Assembly: GCA_050575255.1 (NCBI GenBank)
Contig: JBNZDD010013577.1
Span: 1,155,696-1,219,695 of the forward strand
Reading direction: 5' to 3'
Source: Harriotta raleighana
Taxonomy: Eukaryota
Length of the DNA: 64,000 nt
The number at the start of each line of letters is the position of its first letter. Position 1 is the first letter of the stretch. The notes beneath the pieces are model-generated. The model was not told where the DNA came from and ran no database searches. It was given only the letters and a program-made list of their open reading frames with translations. Positions 1 to 12,199 of this stretch are shown piece by piece. Made by a program: the position numbers and the translations under genes.

Positions 1-269
1 TTTCACTTAACACTTGAATCTAAATTGAATCTAAATTGTATCAACTAGGTGGCTTTGGTCTAGATCCAACTCTAAATGCTATTGAACAATGATTGAATAC
101 TATATTTGTAGGTAACTTCAGTAGCCAATTTTCACAAATCAAGGTTCCATAAACAGTCATGAAGTGAATAATTAATTAATCTGGTCAAGACTCTAGGAGA
201 AACTTTCTTCTCCTTTTGAATCACATTAATGGATCTTTAATGGCCATCTCATCAAGCAGGTAGTGTAAA

Positions 270-486
270 TTCTTGAGTAAATGATGAATGAATGATGGTA
301 ATGAATGATGGTAAGACCATATTTCTAGATGCAAGAATAATGGCCATTCAGTCTATCAGACACATTGCTTCAACATATACAATNGTTCTTGAGTAAATGA
401 TGAATGAATGATGGTAAGACCATATTTCTAGATGCGAGAATAATGGCCATTCAGTCTATCAGACACATTGCTTCAACATATACAAT
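270..486. repeat. Gap-flanking tandem duplication (270-383 / 386-486), probable assembly artefact
   Basis: Two copies separated by a single N at 384; differ by a 13-bp indel (atgaatgatggta) and one SNP (gcaaga/gcgaga). Confidence 0.9.
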
Positions 487-1250
487 GCACATCACTGACT
501 CAATCCAGTCAAATTTTTCAAGTCTTTTGACATATCTATAACCTGTCATTCCTTCATCCTTATCTAAAATTATGCTTGTAGCTTCGTACCAACATATGTC
601 CAGCTCTTTAGCTAGCAACCTATTCTATATGTGCACCATTCTGAATGGTATAAAGTACAGCAATTCATTCTACTGAAAGTATAATTAAGACAATCAATAG
701 CATCCCAAAAATGTATTATTGATTTACTGATCTGTCTAAATGCACATTCCTGAAGATTATACATCAAAGAAAGTGTATTTTTATATCAGTGTTATATCTG
801 GAGGCTAGAGACTGTGGGGAGCAACTGAGGTAACCAAGAATTTGAGGAGATAATCTGGAGTTCATAGTAAATTTATGCAGTGTGAGGAAGTAGTGGATGG
901 GTATAAACAAACTGGACTGACAGGATAGAGAAAGTATGTATTGCTTTGCCCTTTGCCAAAGTTCATTGACTCATGTGCACTCACAGTGAGGTGTGCATGA
1001 ATATCACAGTACAGCTGAGTTCACACAGCTGGCACCTCAGGGACTGTATTTGTGTCTTCTATCCATGACTGTGAATAAATGATTGAAGTGAAGGTTTACT
1101 TACAGAGCAAGGCTGTGAAGCGGAATCATTCCATTGTTTGGGAACAAGAGATAGCTGAGAATTATACAAAGCAATAATGTCCCAGTAGTTGTTTGTGAGT
1201 GCCAGAAGTCATAGGCAGTGAGTACCAGTGTCAGCCTAGTACATTCAGGT

Positions 1251-1340
1251 GCCACCCAGGCTCAGTTGGTAGCACTCTCGCCTGAGTCAAAATATTGTGG
1301 GTTCAAGCCCCAGGTTGGCACTTTGAATTACAATTTAGAT
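1251..1340 (+). mobile_element. Old tRNA-headed Deu-type SINE, head fragment
   Basis: ggctcagttggtagcactctcgcctgagtca...tgtgggttcaagccc: A box and B box of a tRNA-derived head. Confidence 0.75.
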
Positions 1341-1419
1341 TTGTTCTCCACCTTGTTGATGGGGGATAGCTACATTTTTGTAAAATGCATGAAGCAGCCC
1401 TGTGCCTACTGAGTGGAGG

Positions 1420-1620
1420 GAGTAAGGGGTTGGTAGGGTTTTAGAAGAACATAGAGGCAAGGCAAGGCACGGCAAGGATCTGAAGGGATTTAAAAGTGAA
1501 GATCAAGATCTTGAACTCAATTTTCTGAAGAATGGGGAGCTAATGGAGGTGAGCAAGAGTGGGGGTGATTGGTTTGTGAAGCCTAGTGTGCGAGAGGACA
1601 CGAGGTGTAGATTTTTTTCT
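1420..1620 (-). mobile_element. L2 LINE fragment
   Basis: Reverse complement resembles the LHWLPI...IEFKILILTFKSL region of other L2 copies in the window. Confidence 0.65.
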
Positions 1621-2239
1621 GCTGCAGAGCAGTAAGGAGATGGTGACACTGAACTGGAATTCAAACCGGAATTGGCCATGACAGTCCTTCACAGTTACTT
1701 CTAGTTTTCAATTTTCCTCCTCAATGAAAAAGAATCATCTCATGGGATCTTTTAATGTCCATCTGAAGGCAGGTGGGATCTTGGTTTAATGTCTTATCTT
1801 GAGGCTGATACCTCAAATAATGCCTCCAAATCTGCTTTGAAGTACCAGCCTAAACAAGGAAAATAAGCAAAAATCTCAAGACTCTCCATGTACCAATATA
1901 CTTTATATTAATAATAATAATAATGCACTTTGTATTATTAGATACTTAGCAGCTGATGCTCTAGAGTATGGTTCTGAATTTAAATCCAATGATAAATTGA
2001 GCAGTGAGGTACTTGAGTGCTTCACTGGAGTTTCCATGAAAATTATTTGAAGGACTTCACCAGATGGCACACAAATTTTCCACTGATATACAGCGGAAAT
2101 TATGTTGCAAAAAAACCCTCCTGATTTAGTCTTAAGGAGCTCTCTTGTCAAACAAAAAAAACAGTCTCTCTATTTCACTCATACAGCAATGTAGGCTAGT
2201 CTATCCTGTTGTTTTATTGGTTTCTTTTATTGCTTTACT

Positions 2240-2703
2240 GCTTTGTTATCACTTTATTATAGCAATAAAGCGATAACAAAGCCGCTGTAACCTTTCTGTG
2301 TCCCCAGTACTCTGCCCTCCGAGCGGCTTGCTGCCCCCCACCTCGCCAAGTCCCCCCGCACCTCCGATCAGTTCTCTGTTCCCTCTCCCCCCGTCCGCCT
2401 GCTGCTCTCCTCAATTTCTCTCTGCCTCCCTCCCGGGCTGCCCTGCGAGAGCAGGAAGAATGAGGGTGGGGGAAGCAACCAGAGCGGGGAGAGGTGGATG
2501 AAACGAGGAGCAGGCCAGTCAGCTGTAGCCCGCCTCAGTAGGTATTTTGCATCGGATGTGCTGGAAGCTTGAGGTAGATAGTCTGCGACTGGATTCCCAT
2601 AACCCCCCTTTTCCCATTACTTCTTAAACTTCCCCAACGCGATTTAGTTGAGTGTGCAGTTTTCCAGGAATGTAACCTCCGCGATCGACAAGGGTTAACT
2701 ATA
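2240..2703. mobile_element. Tc1/mariner (Tigger/pogo-like) non-autonomous element remnant; duplicated at about 4686-5149
   Basis: Right end ggaatgtaacctccgcgatcgacaagggttaacta-TA resembles Tigger-type termini; GC/CpG-rich interior; 19-bp hairpin 2240-2258/2264-2282; left TIR not found. Confidence 0.5.
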
Positions 2704-3814
2704 TAAGCATAAAAGATGATGCTTTATCTTGCTTAAATGACAAACTATTTTAAAACAAACTGTTCCCTCTTGATAGGGGAAACTTGGGAATGTGATTCCA
2801 TTAAAAGGACACTGTCTTAACTCAGGGGATTAAAAAGTGTTGGGTAACCAGTTCAATATACTGTATGAGGAGGTGATAGAACCAGAATTAGCCAATAGGT
2901 GTTTTCATCTGAATGACCTTCTGTCCGGAGAGCAATGGCAAGGTGGTGTGATTTGTCACTGACCTTGGAATTCAAACAGGAACTCTGTCAGGATTTTTTG
3001 TTTGAGGAACCTGAAAGAAATACCATAAACTAGCCCCTGTATAATTCCCACTGCGAATGTTTAAATGTCTTATGAGAAGACATTCTTGCACTTTTTCTTA
3101 TACATTATTAGCTTTGAAATGTTCGGGATTAAATCTGAACAAAGTAAAGGAAGTTTTTTTGCAAAGAGAGGTGTTCCTTTGATCCTCTATGAGTGAGATT
3201 TTAAAATGTTTGATAGTCGGTCTTGCTCAGAATTTATTCCTTGGTTGCCAACAATAATTGGTCATTCCTTTCCCTCCTGCACCTAAATGTACTTAAATTC
3301 TCTGAAAACAAGGTGACAATATTTCAGAAATGTATTTTAAAGAAAAGCTCATTAATTCTCTTGTAGGTTTGCTTCACAAAAAATACCACGGATGACTGTA
3401 ACCTAGGTAACCAAGTCAAAACAGTATAAAATATGAACCAACACAGCTAGACAAACGTGCTGGGCCATTTTGAGAATTGCTTGCTGGATATTCAATCCAT
3501 CAATCATGCAACCACACTAACCCCATGCTCTGTATGATCACGTTTTCCTCTCTTGGTTTCTGTTCAGGGGAAAACTGCACAGTAAAACTGATTAGCTGGA
3601 AAAGCTTTAAGACTAATTTAACCTCATGCTGACAAATTTCTGATGTATTTTCTGCATCAGGACAAGTGCAACTTACACTGCATTATTTTTGTCTCTCAAT
3701 TACTGTCATATAAAATAATTTCTAATCCTTCTCCCTCCTATCCCTGTAATGTACATCCTACTTCATATTTGCCAACGGCGTCTCCTCCCACACCCATATG
3801 GTCACATTAAGCAT

Positions 3815-4030
3815 TCCTCAGGAGCTCTGCCAGTGGTTCTCCCCCCCTTATTTACCTGCTCCCGCTCAGCAACGTCATCCACAGGCATAGCTTCCACATG
3901 TGTCCTGAAGACATCAAACTTTGACACTCTGCCTCTACCCTAGACTCCAGGCTACTGCTGCCTGACCACCGCTGAGGCTTGTTGGACTTCAAGTCGTGGA
4001 TGAGAGCTAACTTTTCACCAATTAATATGG
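3815..4030 (+). mobile_element. Decayed L2 RT fragment (duplicated at +2446)
   Basis: Broken GIPQG...PPLF, SFHMCPEDIKL (YADD region) and KSWMRANF similarity. Confidence 0.6.
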
Positions 4031-7000
4031 ACAAAACAACAACAACAACAAAATTACACTTGTATAGTGTCTTTCATGTCAGGAGGACCATCCCAAGGTG
4101 CTGGAAAAGTGGCAGAGGTTCTGCTACTTGGCTCTCTACAGCACCATCACCATTTCAGTGCTGAGGTGGGTGCTTTGGGGGCGAGGGGGAGACAGAGAGT
4201 GGAGGGGTGGTTGCATTGGCGGAGATGACGTCAAAGGTGACATTAAACCTATGTCCCATCTATCTGTTCAGGTGGATGTTAAAGATCACATGGCACAGTT
4301 TGAAAGGAGAGGATTCTCCCAGTGTCCTGGACAACAATATGGTCATTCACACCTTGGCCTTTTTATGGGATATTGCTAGGCACACCTCATCTCTTTGAAG
4401 TTCTATCTCATCCTCCTACCCCCACCCGCCTTGGTCTTCACCCTCTCACAAATCCAACCTCCAACTCAGGCACAAACCCTCGACAGTCCAGCACCTTGGG
4501 ACAACCCCCACATGTGAAAGTTGCTACATAAATAATAATAATAACAATCCTTGTATTTGAGATGTCAAATCATTGACATGTCTAATAGCANNNNNNNNNN
4601 AAAAAAACAGTCTCTCTATTTCACTCATACAGCAATGTAGGCTAGTCTATCCTGTTGTTTTATTGGTTTCTTTTATTGCTTTACTGCTTTGTTATCACTT
4701 TATTATAGCAATAAAGCGATAACAAAGCCGCTGTAACCTTTCTGTGTCCCCAGTACTCTGCCCTCCGAGCGGCTTGCTGCCCCCCACCTCGCCAAGTCCC
4801 CCCGCACCTCCGATCAGTTCTCTGTTCCCTCTCCCCCCGTCCGCCTGCTGCTCTCCTCAATTTCTCTCTGCCTCCCTCCCGGGCTGCCCTGCGAGAGCAG
4901 GAAGAATGAGGGTGGGGGAAGCAACCAGAGCGGGGAGAGGTGGATGAAACGAGGAGCAGGCCAGTCAGCTGTAGCCCGCCTCAGTAGGTATTTTGCATCG
5001 GATGTGCTGGAAGCTTGAGGTAGATAGTCTGCGACTGGATTCCCATAACCCCCCTTTTCCCATTACTTCTTAAACTTCCCCAACGCGATTTAGTTGAGTG
5101 TGCAGTTTTCCAGGAATGTAACCTCCGCGATCGACAAGGGTTAACTATATAAGCATAAAAGATGATGCTTTATCTTGCTTAAATGACAAACTATTTTAAA
5201 ACAAACTGTTCCCTCTTGATAGGGGAAACTTGGGAATGTGATTCCATTAAAAGGACACTGTCTTAACTCAGGGGATTAAAAAGTGTTGGGTAACCAGTTC
5301 AATATACTGTATGAGGAGGTGATAGAACCAGAATTAGCCAATAGGTGTTTTCATCTGAATGACCTTCTGTCCGGAGAGCAATGGCAAGGTGGTGTGATTT
5401 GTCACTGACCTTGGAATTCAAACAGGAACTCTGTCAGGATTTTTTGTTTGAGGAACCTGAAAGAAATACCATAAACTAGCCCCTGTATAATTCCCACTGC
5501 GAATGTTTAAATGTCTTATGAGAAGACATTCTTGCACTTTTTCTTATACATTATTAGCTTTGAAATGTTCGGGATTAAATCTGAACAAAGTAAAGGAAGT
5601 TTTTTTGCAAAGAGAGGTGTTCCTTTGATCCTCTATGAGTGAGATTTTAAAATGTTTGATAGTCGGTCTTGCTCAGAATTTATTCCTTGGTTGCCAACAA
5701 TAATTGGTCATTCCTTTCCCTCCTGCACCTAAATGTACTTAAATTCTCTGAAAACAAGGTGACAATATTTCAGAAATGTATTTTAAAGAAAAGCTCATTA
5801 ATTCTCTTGTAGGTTTGCTTCACAAAAAATACCACGGATGACTGTAACCTAGGTAACCAAGTCAAAACAGTATAAAATATGAACCAACACAGCTAGACAA
5901 ACGTGCTGGGCCATTTTGAGAATTGCTTGCTGGATATTCAATCCATCAATCATGCAACCACACTAACCCCATGCTCTGTATGATCACGTTTTCCTCTCTT
6001 GGTTTCTGTTCAGGGGAAAACTGCACAGTAAAACTGATTAGCTGGAAAAGCTTTAAGACTAATTTAACCTCATGCTGACAAATTTCTGATGTATTTTCTG
6101 CATCAGGACAAGTGCAACTTACACTGCATTATTTTTGTCTCTCAATTACTGTCATATAAAATAATTTCTAATCCTTCTCCCTCCTATCCCTGTAATGTAC
6201 ATCCTACTTCATATTTGCCAACGGCGTCTCCTCCCACACCCATATGGTCACATTAAGCATTCCTCAGGAGCTCTGCCAGTGGTTCTCCCCCCCTTATTTA
6301 CCTGCTCCCGCTCAGCAACGTCATCCACAGGCATAGCTTCCACATGTGTCCTGAAGACATCAAACTTTGACACTCTGCCTCTACCCTAGACTCCAGGCTA
6401 CTGCTGCCTGACCACCGCTGAGGCTTGTTGGACTTCAAGTCGTGGATGAGAGCTAACTTTTCACCAATTAATATGGACAAAACAACAACAACAACAAAAT
6501 TACACTTGTATAGTGTCTTTCATGTCAGGAGGACCATCCCAAGGTGCTGGAAAAGTGGCAGAGGTTCTGCTACTTGGCTCTCTACAGCACCATCACCATT
6601 TCAGTGCTGAGGTGGGTGCTTTGGGGGCGAGGGGGAGACAGAGAGTGGAGGGGTGGTTGCATTGGCGGAGATGACGTCAAAGGTGACATTAAACCTATGT
6701 CCCATCTATCTGTTCAGGTGGATGTTAAAGATCACATGGCACAGTTTGAAAGGAGAGGATTCTCCCAGTGTCCTGGACAACAATATGGTCATTCACACCT
6801 TGGCCTTTTTATGGGATATTGCTAGGCACACCTCATCTCTTTGAAGTTCTATCTCATCCTCCTACCCCCACCCGCCTTGGTCTTCACCCTCTCACAAATC
6901 CAACCTCCAACTCAGGCACAAACCCTCGACAGTCCAGCACCTTGGGACAACCCCCACATGTGAAAGTTGCTACATAAATAATAATAATAACAATCCTTGT

Positions 7001-7469
7001 ATTTGAGATGTCAAATCATTGACATGTCTAATAGCACTTCACAGAAAATACTATAAAGCAAAATAACTATATGTTGTGGGTGAAATGGTTTTTCACTAAT
7101 TATTACCAATAATTATGGTGGGGATAATTTAGCATCACCAATCCCACTTTTGTGTTAAACTCACATTCTTGGAAATAGGTCTAAGAGTCCGATTTTATCC
7201 CAACTACAGTATTGTGATGATTGCCAGTAGATGTGAAGAACATGAGTTGGGCCAGAGAACATATCCTCCAATTTTATGTCCACTGCTCAGTTCTCCTGCT
7301 TGTCATCCTCCTATCCTCCCCTCCACCTCCTGCTACATACATGTGAATAGACTAGTTAATTAATAATAATTATCCTTATATTTGATATTTGGCCTTGGAA
7401 ACTTGTCCTGCCGGGAATTGAATCCAGGTCTCTCGCTTAAAGGCCTAATAATAATAATAAACTGAAAGC

Positions 7470-7701
7470 TTGGGTAAATTTCCTTACTCCACACACCTAA
7501 TAATAATCCTGGAAAAAAAAACAATAATAATTTTGTCGTTTCAATCCACCAATGTTTGTGGGACACTGCTGTACGCGGTTGGCTGCTGTGTTTCTCCCAC
7601 AAATATACAGCCAATTCACTTTGCAGTATATTCTATGCAGCGCTTTGAGACGTCTAGAAGATATGAAAAGTGTTATGTCAAATGCAAGGATTATTATTAT
7701 T
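7470..7701 (+). mobile_element. Young tRNA/Deu SINE (family A), lacking in-line head
   Basis: Body ttgggtaaatttccttactcc...gtttgtgggacactgctgt and tail caaatgcaaggattattattatt shared with about ten other copies. Confidence 0.9.
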
Positions 7702-7704
7702 GCG

Positions 7705-7845
7705 TTGTCTCAAAGCACTTCTCAGAATATATTGCAAAACGAACTAACTGTATATTTTGTGGATAAAATGTGGCAGCCAACACAGCAGTGCTCACAAACA
7801 GTTGTGGATCGAGTGGCAATTTTCAAAAATGAGTTATCACCCCCG
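7705..7845 (-). mobile_element. Older family A SINE body interrupted by the + strand copy; its tail lies at about 7360-7388
   Basis: tgtctcaaagcacttc...cagcagtgctcacaaacagttgtggat is the reverse complement of the family A body. Confidence 0.75.
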
Positions 7846-8473
7846 GAAAATGATCCACAAATCAACTTACAACTGGGTTTGTACTTTCTGCCAGTGAATG
7901 GTGATCCTACTGTCAATAGTTGTCATTTTTGGTGCGTAAACTTTATTGTTGAGTAAGTTGGGATGGTAATCATCGCTGTTATTGGGCCATGTTTGATAGT
8001 GGGTGGGGGTGGGTACGGTGCACTAGAAGGAGTATGCAATTTTGTCCCACTCTGCACACAGGCAGTCTGATAGAAGGATATCTTTGTTCCAGAAATAATT
8101 GTTTTATTTTCAGTGCCAAAGTGTTTTTTTTAAAACCTGATTTATCATAATCAGTAATGCAGGATAGCACGTACCCTGAGTGATTCATAGATTCTGTAAA
8201 TTTATAGATTTCTGGAGTTTAAGCTGTCATAGTTTCACTTTGCGTTGACAAACAGCAGGACTGAACTATCACTTTGCTATGTCAGTTTCTTGTATACACT
8301 ATTTCCTGTTTATTAAATGTAAATTTGGGACCATTTGGTATGTGACTGATGAGTGTGAATGGAAAGAGTGGTAGACCAGGGAGAAAAGAATCTGTTTTAT
8401 ACTTACTACAGCTACGCTGGCTCTTGGAGATTGATTGGGGATTCAGGTCCTGAAATCAAGACATGTCTACCAT

Positions 8474-8815
8474 CAACAACAACAATAAAATTACATTTTT
8501 AGAGCGCCTTTCATGTCGGGTGGATGTTCCAAGGCACTGAACAATTAGATCTAGACCCGAGCAGGGGTGTGGTCAGAGTAGGGGGAAGGAAAGTAGGAAG
8601 AGTTGGAAGGGAGCAGAAGGCACGGTCGAAGAGGAAGTTCTCGAGACCAGTCTTGAAGGATGAAAGGGAGGAGATGAGGCAAAAGGATTCCGGGATGGAG
8701 TTCCATAGTGTGGGAGGAGAGAGGTCGAAAACCCGGCTACCGATGGTAGGGCGGTTAGGGCAGAGGACGTGGAGCAGGCCAGAGCCTTGCTGAACGAAGG
8801 GGACAGGCAGGCTAG
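8474..8815 (-). mobile_element. L2 LINE 3' end
   Basis: (AAC)n-aaattacatt tail and gcgcctttca...ccaaggcactg stem-loop region, followed by C-terminal ORF2 remnant. Confidence 0.85.
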
Positions 8816-9089
8816 GGAGTCACCATCCCCCGAGTGAGGGCTCAAATCTATGCTTCTTAGTGTAATAGCTAACTAGTGAATATACTTGTTGGGGGGTGGG
8901 GGTGGGGGGAGGAAAAAGTGGGATTGCCTCAGGGCTGGTACGTGGGGTGTTTTGAACCTGATTTGGACGAACATGACAAGCCTATCAATGGAATATTAGA
9001 ATCGAGTGAATTTTCTTTTGCATTCTTGGTCTGCTTAGAGTCAAGCAGGTCCACAACAATTCAGAGCACTGTTTATCATAGAATTATAC

Positions 9090-11045
9090 AGTACAATATA
9101 GAGGGGAACCAAGACAACAATGTTAGCGAGCAATTTAAGGAGATTAATATTAGTAAAGAAAAGGTTTTAGGTAAATTATTGGGTCTTAAAACCGATAAAT
9201 CCCTTGGACCGGATGGCCTGCATCTTAGAGTTTTAAAGGAGGAGGCTACTGAGATAGTGGATGGCTTGTCTATAATCTTCCAAAATTCTCTAGATACTGG
9301 AAAAGTCCCCATTGATTGGAAGATTGCAAATGTAACTCCACTATTTAAGAAGGGGGGGAGAGAAAACATGGGAAACTATAGACCAGTTAGTCTGATGTCA
9401 GTGGTAGGGAAAATTCTTGAGGCTTAATTAAAGACGTTGTTATGGGACACCTGGAAAACCATAAAAAGATTAGGCAAAGTCAACAGGGCTTTACAAAAGG
9501 GAAGCCATGCTTGACTAATCTTTTAGAGTTTTTGAGGATGTATCCAGCAGGTTGGATAGGGGGGGAAGCAGTAGATGTGGTATATTTAGATTTTAAGAAG
9601 GCATTTGATAAGGTGCCACACAAAAGACTGTTAGTCAAGATTAAGGCTCACGGGATTAATGGGAACATGTTAACATGGATAGAAGAGTGGCTAATGGGTA
9701 GAAAACATAGAATAGGGATAAACAGGTCATTCTCGAATTGGCAGGATGTAACTAGTGGAGTGCCACAAGGATCAGTGCTTGGGCCTCAGCTATTTACTAT
9801 TTACATCAATGATCTGGACGAGGACATTGAATGTAATATGTCTAAATTTGAGGATGACACTAAACTACGTAGGAGAGTGAGTTCTGAAGATGATGCAAAA
9901 AGATTGCAACAAGATATAGATAGGCTAGGGGAGTGGGCAAGTAGGTGGCAGATGGAATTTAATATGGGGAAGTGTAAAATTATTCACTTAGGTAGCAAAA
10001 ATAAAAGAATAGATTATTTTCTAGAGGGGGAGAAGTTAGATAATGTTAGTATTCAAAGGGATTTGGGTGTCCTTGTACACCAGTCTCAAAAAGTTAGTTT
10101 GCAGATGCAGCAAGCAACTAAGAAGGCGAATGGCATGCTAGCGTTCCTTTCAAAAGATTTAGAGTACAAGAGTAGGGAAGTCTTGCTGCAACTGTATAGG
10201 GCTTTGGTGAGACCACACCTAGAGTATTGTGTGCAGTTTTGGTCTCCTTGTTTAAAAAAGGACATACTTGCCTTAGAGGGGGTGCAGTGTAGATTCACTA
10301 GGTTAGTTCCTGGGATAAGGCGACTGACCTCTGAGGATAGGTTGAATAAACTAGGGCTGTATTCTCTAGCATACCAAAGAATTACGGGAGATCTTATTGA
10401 AACATATAAGATTCTCAAAAGGCTGGATAAAGTAGACATAAAGTAGACATGTCCAGGCTCGACTATGCCAATGTGCTGCTTGTCGGCCTTCCCAACTTCA
10501 TAGGCTGCATCCAGAACTCTGCAGCCCATTTCCTCTCCCTTTACAATATCTACATGATCTCATCTCCCCCATTCTCGCCTGACTCCATTGGCTTCCCATC
10601 ATTCAGAGGGTTCACAAAGCTGTCCTCACCTTTAAAGCCCTCCACAGTCTTGCTCCACCCTTCCTCTGCGATCTCCTAACCCCCGACCAACCAGTAAGCT
10701 CCCTTCGCTCAGCAGACTCCAGTCTGCTCCATGTCCCTGAGGGACTGTTTCCCCTGGTAGGAGAATCTATAATCAAGGTCAGCCTTTTAGAACAGAGTTG
10801 AGGAAAAATTTCTTCACTCAGAGGTGAATTTATGGAATTCAATACTCCAGAAGGCTGTAATTGCTCAGTCCTTAAACATTTTCAAGGCTGAGTCTAATAG
10901 ATTTTTTAAAAATAGAGGGATTAGGGTATATGGGGATAGGGCAGGTAATTAGAGTTAGGTCAGAAGATCAGCCATGATATTGAAGGGCGGGGCAGGCTCG
11001 AAGGGCCGAATGGCCTACTCCTGCTCCTAATTCTTATGTTCTTAC
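9090..11045 (+). mobile_element. CR1 LINE, 5'-truncated, inactive RT, interrupted at 10448-10737
   Basis: ORFs 8876-9427 and 9442-10446 give KSLGPDGLH, NYRPVSL, VYLDFKKAFDKVPH, GVPQGSVLGP, KFEDDTKL (FADD mutated), LVRPHLEYCVQFWSP; frameshifts/stop; 3' UTR ends ttcttatgttctta. Confidence 0.96.
10448..10737 (+). repeat. Inverted copy of the neighbouring L2 segment 11288-11565 inserted inside the CR1
   Basis: Near-identical translation to the ORF at 11346-11702 (-), including shared disrupted sequence; CR1 resumes after it. Confidence 0.9.
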
Positions 11046-12185
11046 AACAAGAACAACAACAAAATTACATTTGCATAGCACCTTTCACATCAGGGGGACA
11101 TCACAAGTTGCTGGATAATCAGATTTCAGACTTGAGATTGGAATTGGGGAGGGTGGAGTGAAGGGAAGGGAAGGGATGGTGATGAATGGTGGAGGAGGCG
11201 AGGGAGACGGCGAGGTGGAAGAATTGTGGGATAGAATTCCAACGGTTGAGTGAAGGCTTGCTCGCTGATGATGGTGCGGGTGGGTTGGGGACATGGAGCA
11301 GACTGGAGTCTGCTGAGCGAAGGGAGCTGGCTGGTTGGTTGGAGGTTAGGAGATCGCAGAGGAAGGGTGGAGCAAAACTGAGGACAAAGATCTGGAATTG
11401 AACCCTCTGAATGATGGAAAGCCAATGGAGTCAGGCGAGAATGGGGGAGATGAGATCATGTAGATATTGTAAAGGGAGAGGAAATGGGCTGCAGAGTTCT
11501 GGATGCAGTCTATGAAGTTGGGAAGGCTGACAAGCAGCACATTGGCATAGTCGAGCCTGGACATGATAAAGACATGAATGAGAATTTCAGTAGCCTGAGG
11601 GGTGAGGTAGTGGCAGACTCGGGCAATGTTATAGTGGTGAGAGAAGGCAGAGCGGGTCATGGCATGGATGTGGGGGAGAAAAGACAGTTGAGGAATGAAC
11701 AAAACTCCTAGGTTCCTGACTTGATGAGGTGGAGTGGGCGACCATGGAGGTTGATGCCAGTGCCAGTGTCTGAGGTGTGGAGGAGCAGATGCGAGCCAAT
11801 CAGGAGAGCCTGGATCTTGTTCAACTGTAGAAAGTTAGCTCTCATCCAGGATTTTCATGTCCGATAGGCTGTCTGTCAGGGCAGTAGTAGCCCTTGAATC
11901 GAGGGTAGAGGCAGAAAGATAGAATTGGGTGTCATCCACACACATATGGAAGCTGAACACCATGTCTGCGTATGATGTCATCAAGGGGGAGCATGTAGAT
12001 ATTGCAAAGGAGAGGGTCAAGGACACAGTCCTGAGGGAACGCCACATGAGACAATGTGGGGGCTGGAGGAGAAGTCTTTTGTGGAACAAAGTGAAGACAG
12101 TAGGAGGTAAAAGTTGAACCAGGCAAGGGCAGGTCCCTGAAGATTGAGCTGAGAGGAGAGGCTGTGAAGGAAGTCGGAGTGGAAT
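11046..12185 (-). mobile_element. L2 LINE, 5'-truncated, decayed RT
   Basis: FPQDCVLDPLLCNIYMLPL, FHMCVDDTQFYLS, LIHVFIMSRLDYAN; (AAC)n tail at 11046-11062. Confidence 0.93.
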
Positions 12186-12199
12186 GGCCTCTTTCTATA

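Larger units (their letters stand above)
2155..7036. repeat. 2.44-kb tandem duplication (2155-4590 / 4601-7036) across a 10-N gap, probable assembly artefact
   Basis: All ORFs repeat identically at offset 2446; the copies abut nnnnnnnnnn at 4591-4600. Confidence 0.92.

Noticed and set aside
270-486. Short tandem duplication
   Set aside because: Single N junction; differences look allelic.
2298-2560. CpG-island promoter or proline-rich ORF
   Set aside because: Lies within a probable Tigger-like remnant; ORF is low complexity.
2155-7036. Apparent recent 2.4-kb segmental duplication
   Set aside because: No differences seen between copies and they meet at a 10-N gap: unmerged contig overlap. 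Half read depth or long reads would confirm.
8346-8366. Hammerhead core ctgatga...gaaa
   Set aside because: No stem II pairing or flanking helices.
8876-10446. Intact or domesticated reverse transcriptase gene
   Set aside because: Stop and frameshifts, FADD changed to FEDD, 5' truncated, C-terminus disrupted.
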